58,801 nucleotides of DNA from an uncultured Gammaproteobacteria bacterium (GTDB taxonomy: Bacteria; Pseudomonadota; Gammaproteobacteria; Steroidobacterales; JABDMI01): assembly GCA_905479875.1 (NCBI GenBank), contig CAJQOG010000153.1, positions 1 to 58,801 of the forward strand. The letters run 5' to 3'. Shown piece by piece: positions 45,578 to 55,035 of the stretch. Position numbers and translations under genes: made by a program. Position 1 is the first letter of the stretch. Every line of letters begins with the position of its first letter. The notes beneath the pieces are model-generated. The model had not been told where the DNA came from. It did not search any database and saw nothing but the letters and a program-made list of their open reading frames with translations.

Positions 45578-48181
45578 ATGACCGAAAACGAGAAGCCAAG
45601 TTTCGCTAAAGAAGTCCTCCCGATTGCCCTTGAAGATGAGATGAAACAGTCCTATCTCGATTACGCCATGAGCGTGATTGTAGGACGAGCTCTACCAGAT
45701 GTTCGCGATGGTCTAAAGCCAGTACACAGGCGTGTTCTATATGCCATGAAAGTTCTCGGCAATGATTACAATAAAGCTTACAAAAAATCAGCCCGTGTTG
45801 TTGGTGATGTGATTGGTAAATATCATCCACATGGTGATACTGCGGTATATGACACAATGGTTCGTATGGCTCAGCCATTTTCAATGCGCCACATGCTTAT
45901 CGACGGTCAGGGTAACTTTGGTTCTGTTGACGGTGATTCTCCGGCAGCTATGCGTTACACCGAAGTACGTATGGCAAAAATTGCTCATGAATTGCTAGCT
46001 GATTTAGAAAAAGAAACGGTTGATTTCATACCTAACTATGATGAGTCAGAATGGGAGCCTGCGGTTTTACCCACTCGAGTTCCAACTCTATTGATTAATG
46101 GCTCTTCTGGTATTGCTGTAGGTATGGCTACCAATATTCCTCCTCATAACCTCAAAGAAATTATCGATGCTTGTATTGCTTTGATAGATAAGCCTGACAG
46201 CACTATTGCCGAGTTAATGGAGTATGTACCTGGTCCTGATTTCCCAACGGCCGGTTTCATTAATGGCGCTAAAGGTATTTATGAGGCTTATCATACGGGT
46301 AGAGGTAGAATCTATATTCGTGCTAAAACGCATATTGAAGAAACAGGCAAAGCTGATAAGCAAGCTATTATCATTACCGAATTACCATATCAAGTTAACA
46401 AAGCTCGCTTAATCGAAAAAATTGCGGTTTTAGTTAAAGACAAAAAAATTGAGGGCATTACTGAATTACGCGATGAGTCTGACAAAGATGGTATGCGTGT
46501 ATATATCGAGTTACGTCGTGGTGAAGTTGCTGATGTGGTGCTTAATAATCTTTATAAGCAAACGCCTTTACAACATGTGTTTGGTATCAATATGGTTGGA
46601 CTGGTTGACGGTCAGCCGCGTCTACTTAACCTAAAAGATATTCTTGAAGTCTTCTTACGTCATAGACGTGAAGTGGTAACTCGCCGAACTATTTTCGATT
46701 TAGCCAAAGCCAGAAAGCGTGCACATATTCTTGAAGGGTTGGCGATTGCTTTAAACAATATCGATCCAGTTATTGCTCTGATTAAGTCAGCAGCCACTCC
46801 AGCTGAAGCTAAGGTTAAATTAGTTGCTGCTGCGTGGGCACCTGACTTAGTTGCTGAAATGCTTGAGCGCGCGGGCGATGTAGTAACTCGTCCTGATGAA
46901 ATTGGTGAAGGCTTTGGCTTAATTGAAGGTAAATACCACCTAACAGAAATGCAAGCGCAGGCGATTTTGGATTTACGCTTACATCGTCTAACCGGATTAG
47001 AAAAAGATAAAATTGTTAATGAATATGCAGAAATTCTTGCTGTTATTAAGGATTTATTAGATATTTTAGGTAGTCGTGAGCGTTTATCGCAAGTTATTCA
47101 TCAAGAGTTAATTGCAATTTCTGAAGAGTATGCTGATCCGCGCCGTACCGTTATCCTTAATAACCATCTTGATTTAAGTATCACCGATTTAATTACTGAA
47201 GAAGACGTAGTAGTTACTTTATCTAAGGAAGGTTATGCCAAGGCTCAGCCGGTAACTGATTATCAAGCTCAGCGTAGAGGTGGGCGAGGTAAATCAGCAA
47301 CTAAAACTAAAGATGAAGATTACATCGATAAATTATTTGTCGCGAGTACACATGATAATCTTTTATGTTTCTCAAGCTTAGGTAAAGTTTATACACTTAA
47401 GGTGTATGAATTACCAATTGCTAGTCGCGGCGCTAGAGGTAAGCCGATTGTGAATCTGCTTCCTTTAGAAAAAGATGAAAGCATTGATGCGGTATTGCCT
47501 ATTCGTGAATTCAGTGAAGAAGAATATGTCTTCATGGCTACTTCAAATGGCACGGTTAAGAAAACACAACTTTCGGCATTTGCACGTCCGCGTGCTACAG
47601 GTCTGAAAGCCATTGAATTACGCGATGACAATACATTAGTTGATGTTGCTGTTACTAACGGCTCACAAGACATTATGCTATTCGCTAGTAGTGGTAAAGC
47701 AATTCGTTTCCCTGAAGATAAAGTACGTCCAATGGGTAGAACGGCTGCAGGTGTACGTGGCATTCGACTTAAAGACGAGCAAAAAGTTATTTCGCTTATC
47801 GTGGTTGAAGAAGAAGGTGAAATTCTATTAGCTTGTGCAAACGGTTACGGCAAACGTACTAAGCACGCTGACTTCATGGCTAAAAATCGTGGCGGTCAAG
47901 GTATGATTGCGATTAAGGTTTCTGAGCGTAATGGTGACTTGGTTGGAGCAGTTCAAGTAAAAGACGCTGACGGTTGTATGATTATTACCGCTAACGGCAC
48001 TTTGATTCGTACTAAGGTTGCTGGTATCTCAATCGTTGGGCGAAACACTCAAGGTGTACGTCTCATTCGTGTAGACGAGGGTGATGCTTTGGTTGGACTA
48101 GAGAAAATCGAAGCTGCTGAAATTGAAGATGAAGACGTAGTAACACTTGAAACCGAAGCGGGAGATGATTCCGAAGAGTGA
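45578..48181 (+). CDS. gyrA: DNA gyrase subunit A
   Basis: [28 protein letters not shown], the [16 protein letters not shown], the catalytic Tyr region AAMRYTE, and C-terminal beta-pinwheel repeats with an acidic tail. Confidence 0.99.
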   Translation: MTENEKPSFAKEVLPIALEDEMKQSYLDYAMSVIVGRALPDVRDGLKPVHRRVLYAMKVLGNDYNKAYKKSARVVGDVIGKYHPHGDTAVYDTMVRMAQPFSMRHMLIDGQGNFGSVDGDSPAAMRYTEVRMAKIAHELLADLEKETVDFIPNYDESEWEPAVLPTRVPTLLINGSSGIAVGMATNIPPHNLKEIIDACIALIDKPDSTIAELMEYVPGPDFPTAGFINGAKGIYEAYHTGRGRIYIRAKTHIEETGKADKQAIIITELPYQVNKARLIEKIAVLVKDKKIEGITELRDESDKDGMRVYIELRRGEVADVVLNNLYKQTPLQHVFGINMVGLVDGQPRLLNLKDILEVFLRHRREVVTRRTIFDLAKARKRAHILEGLAIALNNIDPVIALIKSAATPAEAKVKLVAAAWAPDLVAEMLERAGDVVTRPDEIGEGFGLIEGKYHLTEMQAQAILDLRLHRLTGLEKDKIVNEYAEILAVIKDLLDILGSRERLSQVIHQELIAISEEYADPRRTVILNNHLDLSITDLITEEDVVVTLSKEGYAKAQPVTDYQAQRRGGRGKSATKTKDEDYIDKLFVASTHDNLLCFSSLGKVYTLKVYELPIASRGARGKPIVNLLPLEKDESIDAVLPIREFSEEEYVFMATSNGTVKKTQLSAFARPRATGLKAIELRDDNTLVDVAVTNGSQDIMLFASSGKAIRFPEDKVRPMGRTAAGVRGIRLKDEQKVISLIVVEEEGEILLACANGYGKRTKHADFMAKNRGGQGMIAIKVSERNGDLVGAVQVKDADGCMIITANGTLIRTKVAGISIVGRNTQGVRLIRVDEGDALVGLEKIEAAEIEDEDVVTLETEAGDDSEE

Positions 48182-48240
48182 GAAAATTAATTGTCCCTAG
48201 CTCGAATCCCTCAGCTTGACTGGGGGTCTAGCGTTCTTTT

Positions 48241-48271
48241 AAAAAAGCCCATCCTTTGATGGGTTTTTTTC
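48241..48271 (+). terminator. Rho-independent terminator after gyrA
   Basis: aaaaaagcccatc-cttt-gatgggttttttt. A weaker hairpin precedes it at 48208-48226 (ccctcag/ctggggg). Confidence 0.8.
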
Positions 48272-48541
48272 TTATTGATGACAGATATAAATATATGATG
48301 CTACAAAGTCATTAATAGCTAATAGTGTTTATAAGTTAGCCAATAGTTTTATAGATTGCATGAATCTATTTGCTTGTGATTCATGATAAATTCCACAAGA
48401 AAAACACCAAATAAACCTGTATCATTCATACAGTCGTTTTAACGATCCCTTTGGCCGAAATTGAACAAATTTCAGGCTTTTTCTTTTGCCGAAAAATCTA
48501 CTGTAAATAACGGTAATTCAACACAAGAAGCCGATTAAATC

Positions 48542-49621
48542 ATGCGTGTTTATAATTTTAGTGCTGGTCCTGCAACTCTTCCTGAAAGCGTTTTAACCGA
48601 AGTTCAAGCCGAACTTTTAGATTTCCAGGGTACTGGAATTTCCGTAATGGAGCACAGCCATCGCTCCAAGACTTTTGTTGAGGTTGCCGAAACGGCTGAA
48701 AAAGATCTTCGGGAACTAATGGGTATTTCTGATGAATATTCTGTATTGTTTTTACAGGGTGGTGCAACGAGTCAGTTTTCTTTAGTTCCTCAAAACCTTT
48801 GTCAAGCAACTGACACTGCAGATTATATTGTAACTGGCCAGTGGAGTAAAAAAGCAGCATCACAAGCAAAGACTTTTGTTAATGTGAATGTAGCGGCTGA
48901 TACTTCTGCGTCTAAGTTCACTCAAGTTCCTGAAGTTGCTGCTTGGAACTTAAGCGATAACTCTGAGTATGTACATATTTGTAGTAATGAAACTGTTCAC
49001 GGAGTTGAATTTTCTGGAACTCCAGATGTAGGTAACCGTTTGTTGATTGCTGATATGTCTTCATCAATTCTTTCGCAAGAAATTGATGTGAGTAAATACG
49101 GCATCATTTACGCTGGCGCTCAAAAGAATATTGGTCCAGCTGGATTAACTATCGTCATCGTACGTAAAGACTTATTAGAAAGAGCTGGCCAGAATATTTC
49201 TCCTGTATTTAATTACAAGGCGATGGATGCAGCTGGTTCTATGTCTAACACGCCACCAACTTTTGGTTGGTATATGGCTGGTAAGGTTTTTAAATGGTTG
49301 AAGGAGCAGGGTGGAGTGAGTGCAATCGGTGATTTGAATGCGAAAAAAGCTCAATTACTTTATTCAGCTATTGATAATTCAGATTTCTACGCTAACCCAG
49401 TTGCTGTGAATGCTCGTTCACGTATGAATGTTCCTTTCACTTTAGCTACGCCAGAACTTGATGATAAATTTTTAGAGCTTGCTGGCAAAGCAAGTTTAAC
49501 TAATTTAAAAGGTCATCGTTCGGTAGGTGGCATGCGTGCAAGTATTTATAACCCTATGCCTTTAACTGGTGTGCAAGCTTTGGTTGACTTTATGGCCGAG
49601 TTTGAGAAGTCGCACGGGTAA
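48542..49621 (+). CDS. serC: 3-phosphoserine/phosphohydroxythreonine aminotransferase
   Basis: YNFSAGPA N-terminus, FLQGGAT, the PLP-lysine region GAQKNIGPAG, and GGMRASIYN. Confidence 0.96.
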   Translation: MRVYNFSAGPATLPESVLTEVQAELLDFQGTGISVMEHSHRSKTFVEVAETAEKDLRELMGISDEYSVLFLQGGATSQFSLVPQNLCQATDTADYIVTGQWSKKAASQAKTFVNVNVAADTSASKFTQVPEVAAWNLSDNSEYVHICSNETVHGVEFSGTPDVGNRLLIADMSSSILSQEIDVSKYGIIYAGAQKNIGPAGLTIVIVRKDLLERAGQNISPVFNYKAMDAAGSMSNTPPTFGWYMAGKVFKWLKEQGGVSAIGDLNAKKAQLLYSAIDNSDFYANPVAVNARSRMNVPFTLATPELDDKFLELAGKASLTNLKGHRSVGGMRASIYNPMPLTGVQALVDFMAEFEKSHG

Positions 49622-49644
49622 ATAAATACTCACATAAATAGAGA

Positions 49645-49727
49645 AATTGCCGCGTCGCGCTGCTCCTCGCAATGACAGCTAAATTGTTTGTCATCGCGAG
49701 GAATCAAAGATTCAGTGGCGATCTTCA
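49645..49727. repeat. REP-like palindromic intergenic element (single copy in this window)
   Basis: The 14-nt arms tcctcgcaatgaca (49664-49677) and tgtcatcgcgagga (49689-49702) pair at 13 of 14 positions around an 11-nt loop. Partially complementary GC-rich outer arms flank them (attgccgcgtcgcg / agtggcgatc). The element is strikingly more GC-rich than its surroundings. Confidence 0.6.
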
Positions 49728-49775
49728 AAACGTAATCCATATTTAAAAAATTAAAATTTAATCGAGAGTTCGATC

Positions 49776-50942
49776 ATGACTTATAAAGTACTAACCTTAA
49801 ATAATATCGCTGCAGAAGGCATGAACCGTTTGCCTCGTGAGCAATACGAAGTCGCTTCTGAGTTTACACATCCTGATGCGATTATGCTGCGTTCTTTTAA
49901 AATGCATGGCATGGATATTCCTGACACTGTAAAAATTGTTGGGCGTGCCGGTGCTGGAGTCAATAATGTTCCAGTTGAAGCCTTGGGTAAACTAGGCATT
50001 CCTGTACTTAACGCGCCTGGCGCCAATGCAAATGCAGTTAAAGAGCTAGTTCTTGCCGGTATTCTTTTAGCCGCACGTAATGTAACTGGAGCTTGGCAGT
50101 ATGTTAAAGAGTTGGAGCTTGAAGGCGATGCGCTTAAGAAAGCCGTGGAAGCTGGTAAAAAGCAATATGTAGGTTATGAGCTTCCAGGTAAAACATTAGG
50201 CGTTGTTGGTTTGGGCGCTATTGGTGTTGAAGTTGCTAATGCTGCTTTAGGCTTAGGGATGCGTGTTATCGGTTTTGATCCAAGTATTACAGTGAGTAAT
50301 GCCTGGAATATGTCAGCTGGTGTTGAGCAAGCCGTTAGTTTGGATGACTTATGCAGTCGTGCTGATTTAGTAACGGTTCATGTGCCTTTAATTGAAGCAA
50401 CAAAGAATCTTATTAGTGAGTCGCGTATTAAGTTATTAAAAGATGATGCCGTTGTGCTTAACTTTGCTCGTGATGGTATTGTGGATGAAGATGCTTTATT
50501 TGCACGCTTAGATGCTAAGACTTTACGTTATTACGTTACTGATTTTCCAATTAATGATCGTAAGAATCACGCTCGTGTTATTGCTTTGCCGCATTTAGGT
50601 GCGTCTACTGGAGAAGCTGAAACTAATTGTGCGGTGATGGTGGCTGAAAATATTCGTGAGTACTTAGAAAACGGCAATATTCGCCATTCTGTGAATTTTC
50701 CTGAAGCTATTATGCCAAGAAATGGCGGCCAAAGAATTACCGTAGCAAATGCCAATATTCCAAACATGGTTGGACAGATCACAACAATTCTTGCGGATGC
50801 TAACTTAAACATCGTTGACTTACTTAATAAGTCTCGTGGTGATATTGCTTATACCGTGATTGATGTTGAAGGCGATGTGCCTGAAGATGTGATTGCTAAG
50901 ATTGCCGGAATAAAAGGTGTTTTGAAAGTTCGCTCAATTTAA
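49776..50942 (+). CDS. serA: D-3-phosphoglycerate dehydrogenase-type 2-hydroxyacid dehydrogenase with a C-terminal ACT domain
   Basis: NAD motif GVVGLGAIGVEVA; catalytic region LNFARDG..D, PHLGAST. The C-terminal 70 aa or so are ACT-like (NIPNMVGQITTILADANLNI). It is adjacent to serC. Confidence 0.8.
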   Translation: MTYKVLTLNNIAAEGMNRLPREQYEVASEFTHPDAIMLRSFKMHGMDIPDTVKIVGRAGAGVNNVPVEALGKLGIPVLNAPGANANAVKELVLAGILLAARNVTGAWQYVKELELEGDALKKAVEAGKKQYVGYELPGKTLGVVGLGAIGVEVANAALGLGMRVIGFDPSITVSNAWNMSAGVEQAVSLDDLCSRADLVTVHVPLIEATKNLISESRIKLLKDDAVVLNFARDGIVDEDALFARLDAKTLRYYVTDFPINDRKNHARVIALPHLGASTGEAETNCAVMVAENIREYLENGNIRHSVNFPEAIMPRNGGQRITVANANIPNMVGQITTILADANLNIVDLLNKSRGDIAYTVIDVEGDVPEDVIAKIAGIKGVLKVRSI

Positions 50943-50980
50943 TCTAAGTTAGTTTAACAAAAGTTGTAGAGTTTATTGGT

Positions 50981-51604
50981 ATGCAGTATTTTTCTAATCA
51001 AGACATCAATAAGCTGAATAAGCTTTTTCGCATTAATTTAATTAATAGCAGCACGGGATACAAGCCGGCAAATTTGATTGTGACGCATTCACCTGAAAGT
51101 GAAACTAACGTGGCAGTGTTTAGCTCAGTAGTGCATTTGGGGTCAGATCCTGCATTATTGGGGTTTACCATTAGGCCAACCACTGTGCCGAGACATACTT
51201 ATACCAATATTCGTGCAACAGGTGAGTACAGTATCAACCATGTTCACAAAAATATTTTAGCGGATGCTCATCACACCTCTGCAAAATACCCTGCCGGCGT
51301 GTCTGAGTTTTCAAAAACCGATTTACAAGAAGAGTATAAAGCTGATTTTTCTGTACCTTTTGTTGCGGGCGCGCCTGTTCAGATAGCTATGAAATATATT
51401 GAGGAATACCATATTAAAGCTAATGATGTCATTTTAATGGTGGGTGAAATTCAAGGTATATATTTAGCTGAGAACCTACTGCATGATGATGGATTAATTG
51501 ATATAGCCAAAGCTGAGGTCGCAACAGTGACTGGCTTAGATGCTTACTCCGTACCTCAGTGTATTGACGAACGCTTTACTTACCAACGTCCAAATGATAA
51601 ATGA
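50981..51604 (+). CDS. Flavin reductase-like (FMN-binding split-barrel) family protein
   Basis: 207 aa. The pattern PANLIVT....ETNVAVFSSVVHLGSDPALLGF..RP is reminiscent of the flavin reductase-like domain. This is a weak by-eye assignment. Confidence 0.5.
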   Translation: MQYFSNQDINKLNKLFRINLINSSTGYKPANLIVTHSPESETNVAVFSSVVHLGSDPALLGFTIRPTTVPRHTYTNIRATGEYSINHVHKNILADAHHTSAKYPAGVSEFSKTDLQEEYKADFSVPFVAGAPVQIAMKYIEEYHIKANDVILMVGEIQGIYLAENLLHDDGLIDIAKAEVATVTGLDAYSVPQCIDERFTYQRPNDK

Positions 51605-51669
51605 TCGGCAATAACTAAAAATTGCTGGTTATAATGTTGACTATTAATAAAATAATTTGAATCAAGACT

Positions 51670-52788
51670 ATGATAGATTTTTCTAAACTTGCTCAAGCTG
51701 GTGTTCGTGAGCTGAAAGCCTATATACCTGGGAAGCCGGTATCCGAGTTACAACGTGAGCTAGGTTTGGATCATATTGTTAAACTTGCTTCTAATGAAAA
51801 CCCTTTGGGCCCAAGTAAAGCGGTGGAAGCTGCAGTTGCTGGAGCTCTTAAAGAGCAAGCTCGTTACCCAGACGCGTCTGGCTATGAACTAAAAGATTTA
51901 TTGGCAGTGAAGCATAAGGTTAAGCCAAATCAAATTACTCTTGGTAATGGCTCAAACGATGTTTTAGTGTTTCTTGCCCAAGTTTTCTTAAGTCCTGATA
52001 CTAATGCAGTATTTTCACAATATGGCTTTGCTGTCTACCCAATCGCTACGCAGTCGGTTGGTGCAACTGCAAAAATTGCACCAGCAAACTCACCTAAGCA
52101 TGACCAGCCTTTGGGGCATGATTTAGCTGCTTTAGCGGCTTTGATTGATGAGAATACACGTGTGGTCTTTGTTGCCAATCCAAATAATCCAACTGGCACT
52201 TGGGTGGGCTCTGCTGATTTAGAAACTTTTGTCTCTAATGTTCCCGACACCTGTATTGTGGTTGTCGACGAAGCTTATACCGAATACGTAACTAATCAAG
52301 ATGTTCCAGACACTTCGCAATGGTTGGGAAAGTATCCTAATCTGGTAGTAACAAAAACATTTTCAAAGGCTTATGGCTTAGCGGGCTTTAGAGTTGGTTA
52401 TGCCTTATCTCATCCTGATGTGGCAGACCTTCTAAACCGTATACGTCCACCGTTTAATGTGAATTCCCTAGCCTTACTAGCCGCTCAAACAGCTCTTGGC
52501 GATTCGGATTATTTAAAAAAATCAGTGGAGTTGAACGAACAGGGCAAAATTTATTTAAAAGCAGAGTTAAGTGCTATGGGTTTAGGTGTTATTCCTAGTG
52601 CAACGAATTTCTTACTTGTTGATATGAAACAAGATGCTTCTGGTTTAAATCAAGACTTACTTAAAGCTGGTGTTATTGTTCGTCCAGTAGGTAATTATGG
52701 TTTGCCTAATCACTTACGTATCAGTATTGGCTTACCGGAAGAAAATGAATTCTTTATAAAAGCTTTAAAGAAAATCTTAAATAAATAA
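51670..52788 (+). CDS. hisC: Histidinol-phosphate aminotransferase
   Basis: LASNENPLGPS, NPNNPTG, DEAY.EY, and the PLP-lysine motif KTFSKAYGLAGFRVGY. Confidence 0.93.
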   Translation: MIDFSKLAQAGVRELKAYIPGKPVSELQRELGLDHIVKLASNENPLGPSKAVEAAVAGALKEQARYPDASGYELKDLLAVKHKVKPNQITLGNGSNDVLVFLAQVFLSPDTNAVFSQYGFAVYPIATQSVGATAKIAPANSPKHDQPLGHDLAALAALIDENTRVVFVANPNNPTGTWVGSADLETFVSNVPDTCIVVVDEAYTEYVTNQDVPDTSQWLGKYPNLVVTKTFSKAYGLAGFRVGYALSHPDVADLLNRIRPPFNVNSLALLAAQTALGDSDYLKKSVELNEQGKIYLKAELSAMGLGVIPSATNFLLVDMKQDASGLNQDLLKAGVIVRPVGNYGLPNHLRISIGLPEENEFFIKALKKILNK

Positions 52789-52798
52789 AGGCAAAACC

Positions 52799-54130
52799 TT
52801 GTCGCAAAAAAATACAGCAGTAATCAAGCAAAATAATAAGCCGCTTAAAGGTGTTTTACGTGTGCCCAGTGATAAGTCAATTACTCAGAGGGCTTACATT
52901 TTTGGTGCAATGGCCGAAGGGGTAACTACAGTAAATAATCCTTTGAACTCTGCCGATGCAGAAGCAACATTGGCAGCAGTTATATCATTGGGTGCTGAGC
53001 TCGTTTCTAGAACTGAAACACAAGTGGTTCTGCGTGGAGTAGGTGGTAAAGGTTTCACGGCACCTGAAAACGGCTTAATCGACTGCCAAAATTCGGGTAC
53101 AGGTATGCGTTTGCTGTGTGGAGCAATAGCAGGACAAGGCATTAAAGTGTCTTTATCTGGTGATGAGTCTCTTAATAAACGTCCAATGGAGCGAGTTGCT
53201 GTTCCATTGCGTGGCATGGGCGCTATTGTAAATACCAAAGAAGGCAAACCGCCTATAGAAATAGATGGTGGTAACTTAAAAGCCATTGAATACCACTCTC
53301 CAGTATCTAGTGCTCAAATAAAATCTTGTGTATTACTTGCTGGCTTACAGGCCGAGGGCACGACGGTTTTAGTTGAGCCCCAAACTAGTAGGGATCATTC
53401 AGAAAAAATGTTGCCTAGTTTCGGTGTAGAGCTGCGTTCGAAAAAAAATACTGAGACTGGAGAAAACCGAGTCATTATCCAAGGCGGCCAAAAACTAGCG
53501 GCTTGTGAAATTAATGTTCCAGCTGATCCATCAAGTGCGGCCTTTATTATGGTGGCAGCAAGTTTGCTTGAGGGCAGTGATGTAACGCTTCCAGAGGTTG
53601 GTATGAATCCAGGTAGAACCGGTTTACTCAAGGCCTTACGACAAATGGATGCAAGTATTGAAATTCAAAATGCTCGATTCTTTGGTGAAGAGCCTGTTGC
53701 AGATTTGCGCATTCAGGGAAAAAAACTCAAAGCAGCAAATATAAAACCGGCCGATGTTGTGAATATGGTGGATGAAATTCCAGTGCTCATGCTTGCTGCT
53801 TCCTTGGCTGAAGGTGATAGTATATTTGAAGGTTTGGGCGAATTACGCGTTAAAGAAAGTGATCGTCTTGCTTTGATGATTGATAACCTTAAAGCAGCTG
53901 GAATAGATTGTGAAATCACTCAAAATGATGGGGCTATTGTTCGTGGCAAAGATAGCCTTAAAGCTCTGGATGAGCCATCAAATTGGACTGTTGAGCATGA
54001 CCATAGATTGGCCATGACTGGCGCTGTTGCTGGACTGTGTTCACCAGCTGGAATTCATTTGGATGACGTAGATGCTGTTGCTGTTTCATGGCCAAATTTC
54101 ATGCTGGATTTGCAAGCTTTAACTCGGTAA
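52799..54130 (+). CDS. aroA: 3-phosphoshikimate 1-carboxyvinyltransferase (EPSP synthase), TTG start assumed
   Basis: VPSDKSITQRA, NSGTGMRLL, LNKRPMERV, VKESDRL and HDHRLAM motifs. Confidence 0.94.
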   Translation: MSQKNTAVIKQNNKPLKGVLRVPSDKSITQRAYIFGAMAEGVTTVNNPLNSADAEATLAAVISLGAELVSRTETQVVLRGVGGKGFTAPENGLIDCQNSGTGMRLLCGAIAGQGIKVSLSGDESLNKRPMERVAVPLRGMGAIVNTKEGKPPIEIDGGNLKAIEYHSPVSSAQIKSCVLLAGLQAEGTTVLVEPQTSRDHSEKMLPSFGVELRSKKNTETGENRVIIQGGQKLAACEINVPADPSSAAFIMVAASLLEGSDVTLPEVGMNPGRTGLLKALRQMDASIEIQNARFFGEEPVADLRIQGKKLKAANIKPADVVNMVDEIPVLMLAASLAEGDSIFEGLGELRVKESDRLALMIDNLKAAGIDCEITQNDGAIVRGKDSLKALDEPSNWTVEHDHRLAMTGAVAGLCSPAGIHLDDVDAVAVSWPNFMLDLQALTR

Positions 54131-54187
54131 ATGTTTTAATGTGACACTCGAATTTTAATTATTAATTAGATTAAATACTTGCTATAA

Positions 54188-54874
54188 ATGACTGATATTA
54201 AGAATAAAAAAATAGTTACCATTGACGGACCTAGTGGCTCAGGCAAGGGTGCAGTCTCTCGTTTGTTAGCTGGTTCTTTGGCTTGGAATTTATTAGATTC
54301 GGGTGCTATATATCGACTAGTTGCTCTGCATTCTCAGCGATTGAATATTGAACACACTGAGGTATCAGCTCTGACCGAGGTATCGACTAACTTACCTGTG
54401 GCTTTTAGTATTGAATCACAAGGTGGCGAAACTCAAGTTCTGCTGGATGGTGAAGATGTGAGTCTGGCAATTCGTGAAGAGGCCATTGGTGAACGTGCTT
54501 CAAAAATAGCCGTTTTTCCAGAAGTTAGGGCGGCGCTTTTACAGCGCCAAAGAGACTTTGCAACTGATCAGGGTTTGATTGCTGATGGGCGAGATATGGG
54601 AACTGTCGTGTTCCCTGAGGCGGCTCTTAAAATTTACCTCACCGCAAGCGCTAGGGCGCGAGCGGAAAGACGCTTCAAACAGTTGGAGCAGAAAGGGATT
54701 CCTGCTAAAATAGATGGGCTTTACTCGGGCATATTGGCTCGAGACGATCGTGATGCCTCTCGCAGTAGTTCTCCACTAAAACCTGCCGACGATGCCATTC
54801 AAATTGATACCACCAATATTGGTATTGATGAAGTGATGGGAATTGTTGAACGATTAGTGAAAGATCAGCTTTAA
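54188..54874 (+). CDS. cmk: (d)CMP kinase
   Basis: P-loop IDGPSGSGKG, DSGAIYR, ADGRDMGT, RRFKQL and ARDDRD motifs. Confidence 0.95.
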   Translation: MTDIKNKKIVTIDGPSGSGKGAVSRLLAGSLAWNLLDSGAIYRLVALHSQRLNIEHTEVSALTEVSTNLPVAFSIESQGGETQVLLDGEDVSLAIREEAIGERASKIAVFPEVRAALLQRQRDFATDQGLIADGRDMGTVVFPEAALKIYLTASARARAERRFKQLEQKGIPAKIDGLYSGILARDDRDASRSSSPLKPADDAIQIDTTNIGIDEVMGIVERLVKDQL

Positions 54875-54929
54875 GTAGTCTCATATAATTCGTTTCATAC
54901 CAGTTTTCCCATATAAAGTATTTTCATTT

Positions 54930-54958
54930 GTTCGCTTTGGATAAGGCGAACTTTTTTT
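54930..54958 (+). terminator. Rho-independent terminator after cmk
   Basis: A 9-bp stem gttcgcttt/aaggcgaac (including one G-U pair) with a GGAT loop, followed by ttttttt. Confidence 0.75.
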
Positions 54959-55035
54959 GTTTAACCCGAGAGAAAACGGATGACTCTTTCGTTTATACAT
55001 TTTATTGAGGTGGAGCATCCTGCTCCTACTATTTT

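Noticed and set aside
45813-45860. The gyrA QRDR has Thr at the position equivalent to E. coli Ser83 ([12 protein letters not shown]).
   Set aside because: Thr is the wild-type residue in pseudomonads and relatives. It is not a fluoroquinolone-resistance substitution, and Asp87 is unchanged.
48195-48230. A tcgaatcc string after gyrA resembling a tRNA T-loop, considered as a possible tRNA fragment or integration scar.
   Set aside because: Flanking bases do not form a T-stem or acceptor stem, and there is no CCA end or cloverleaf. No integrase or mobile genes are nearby.
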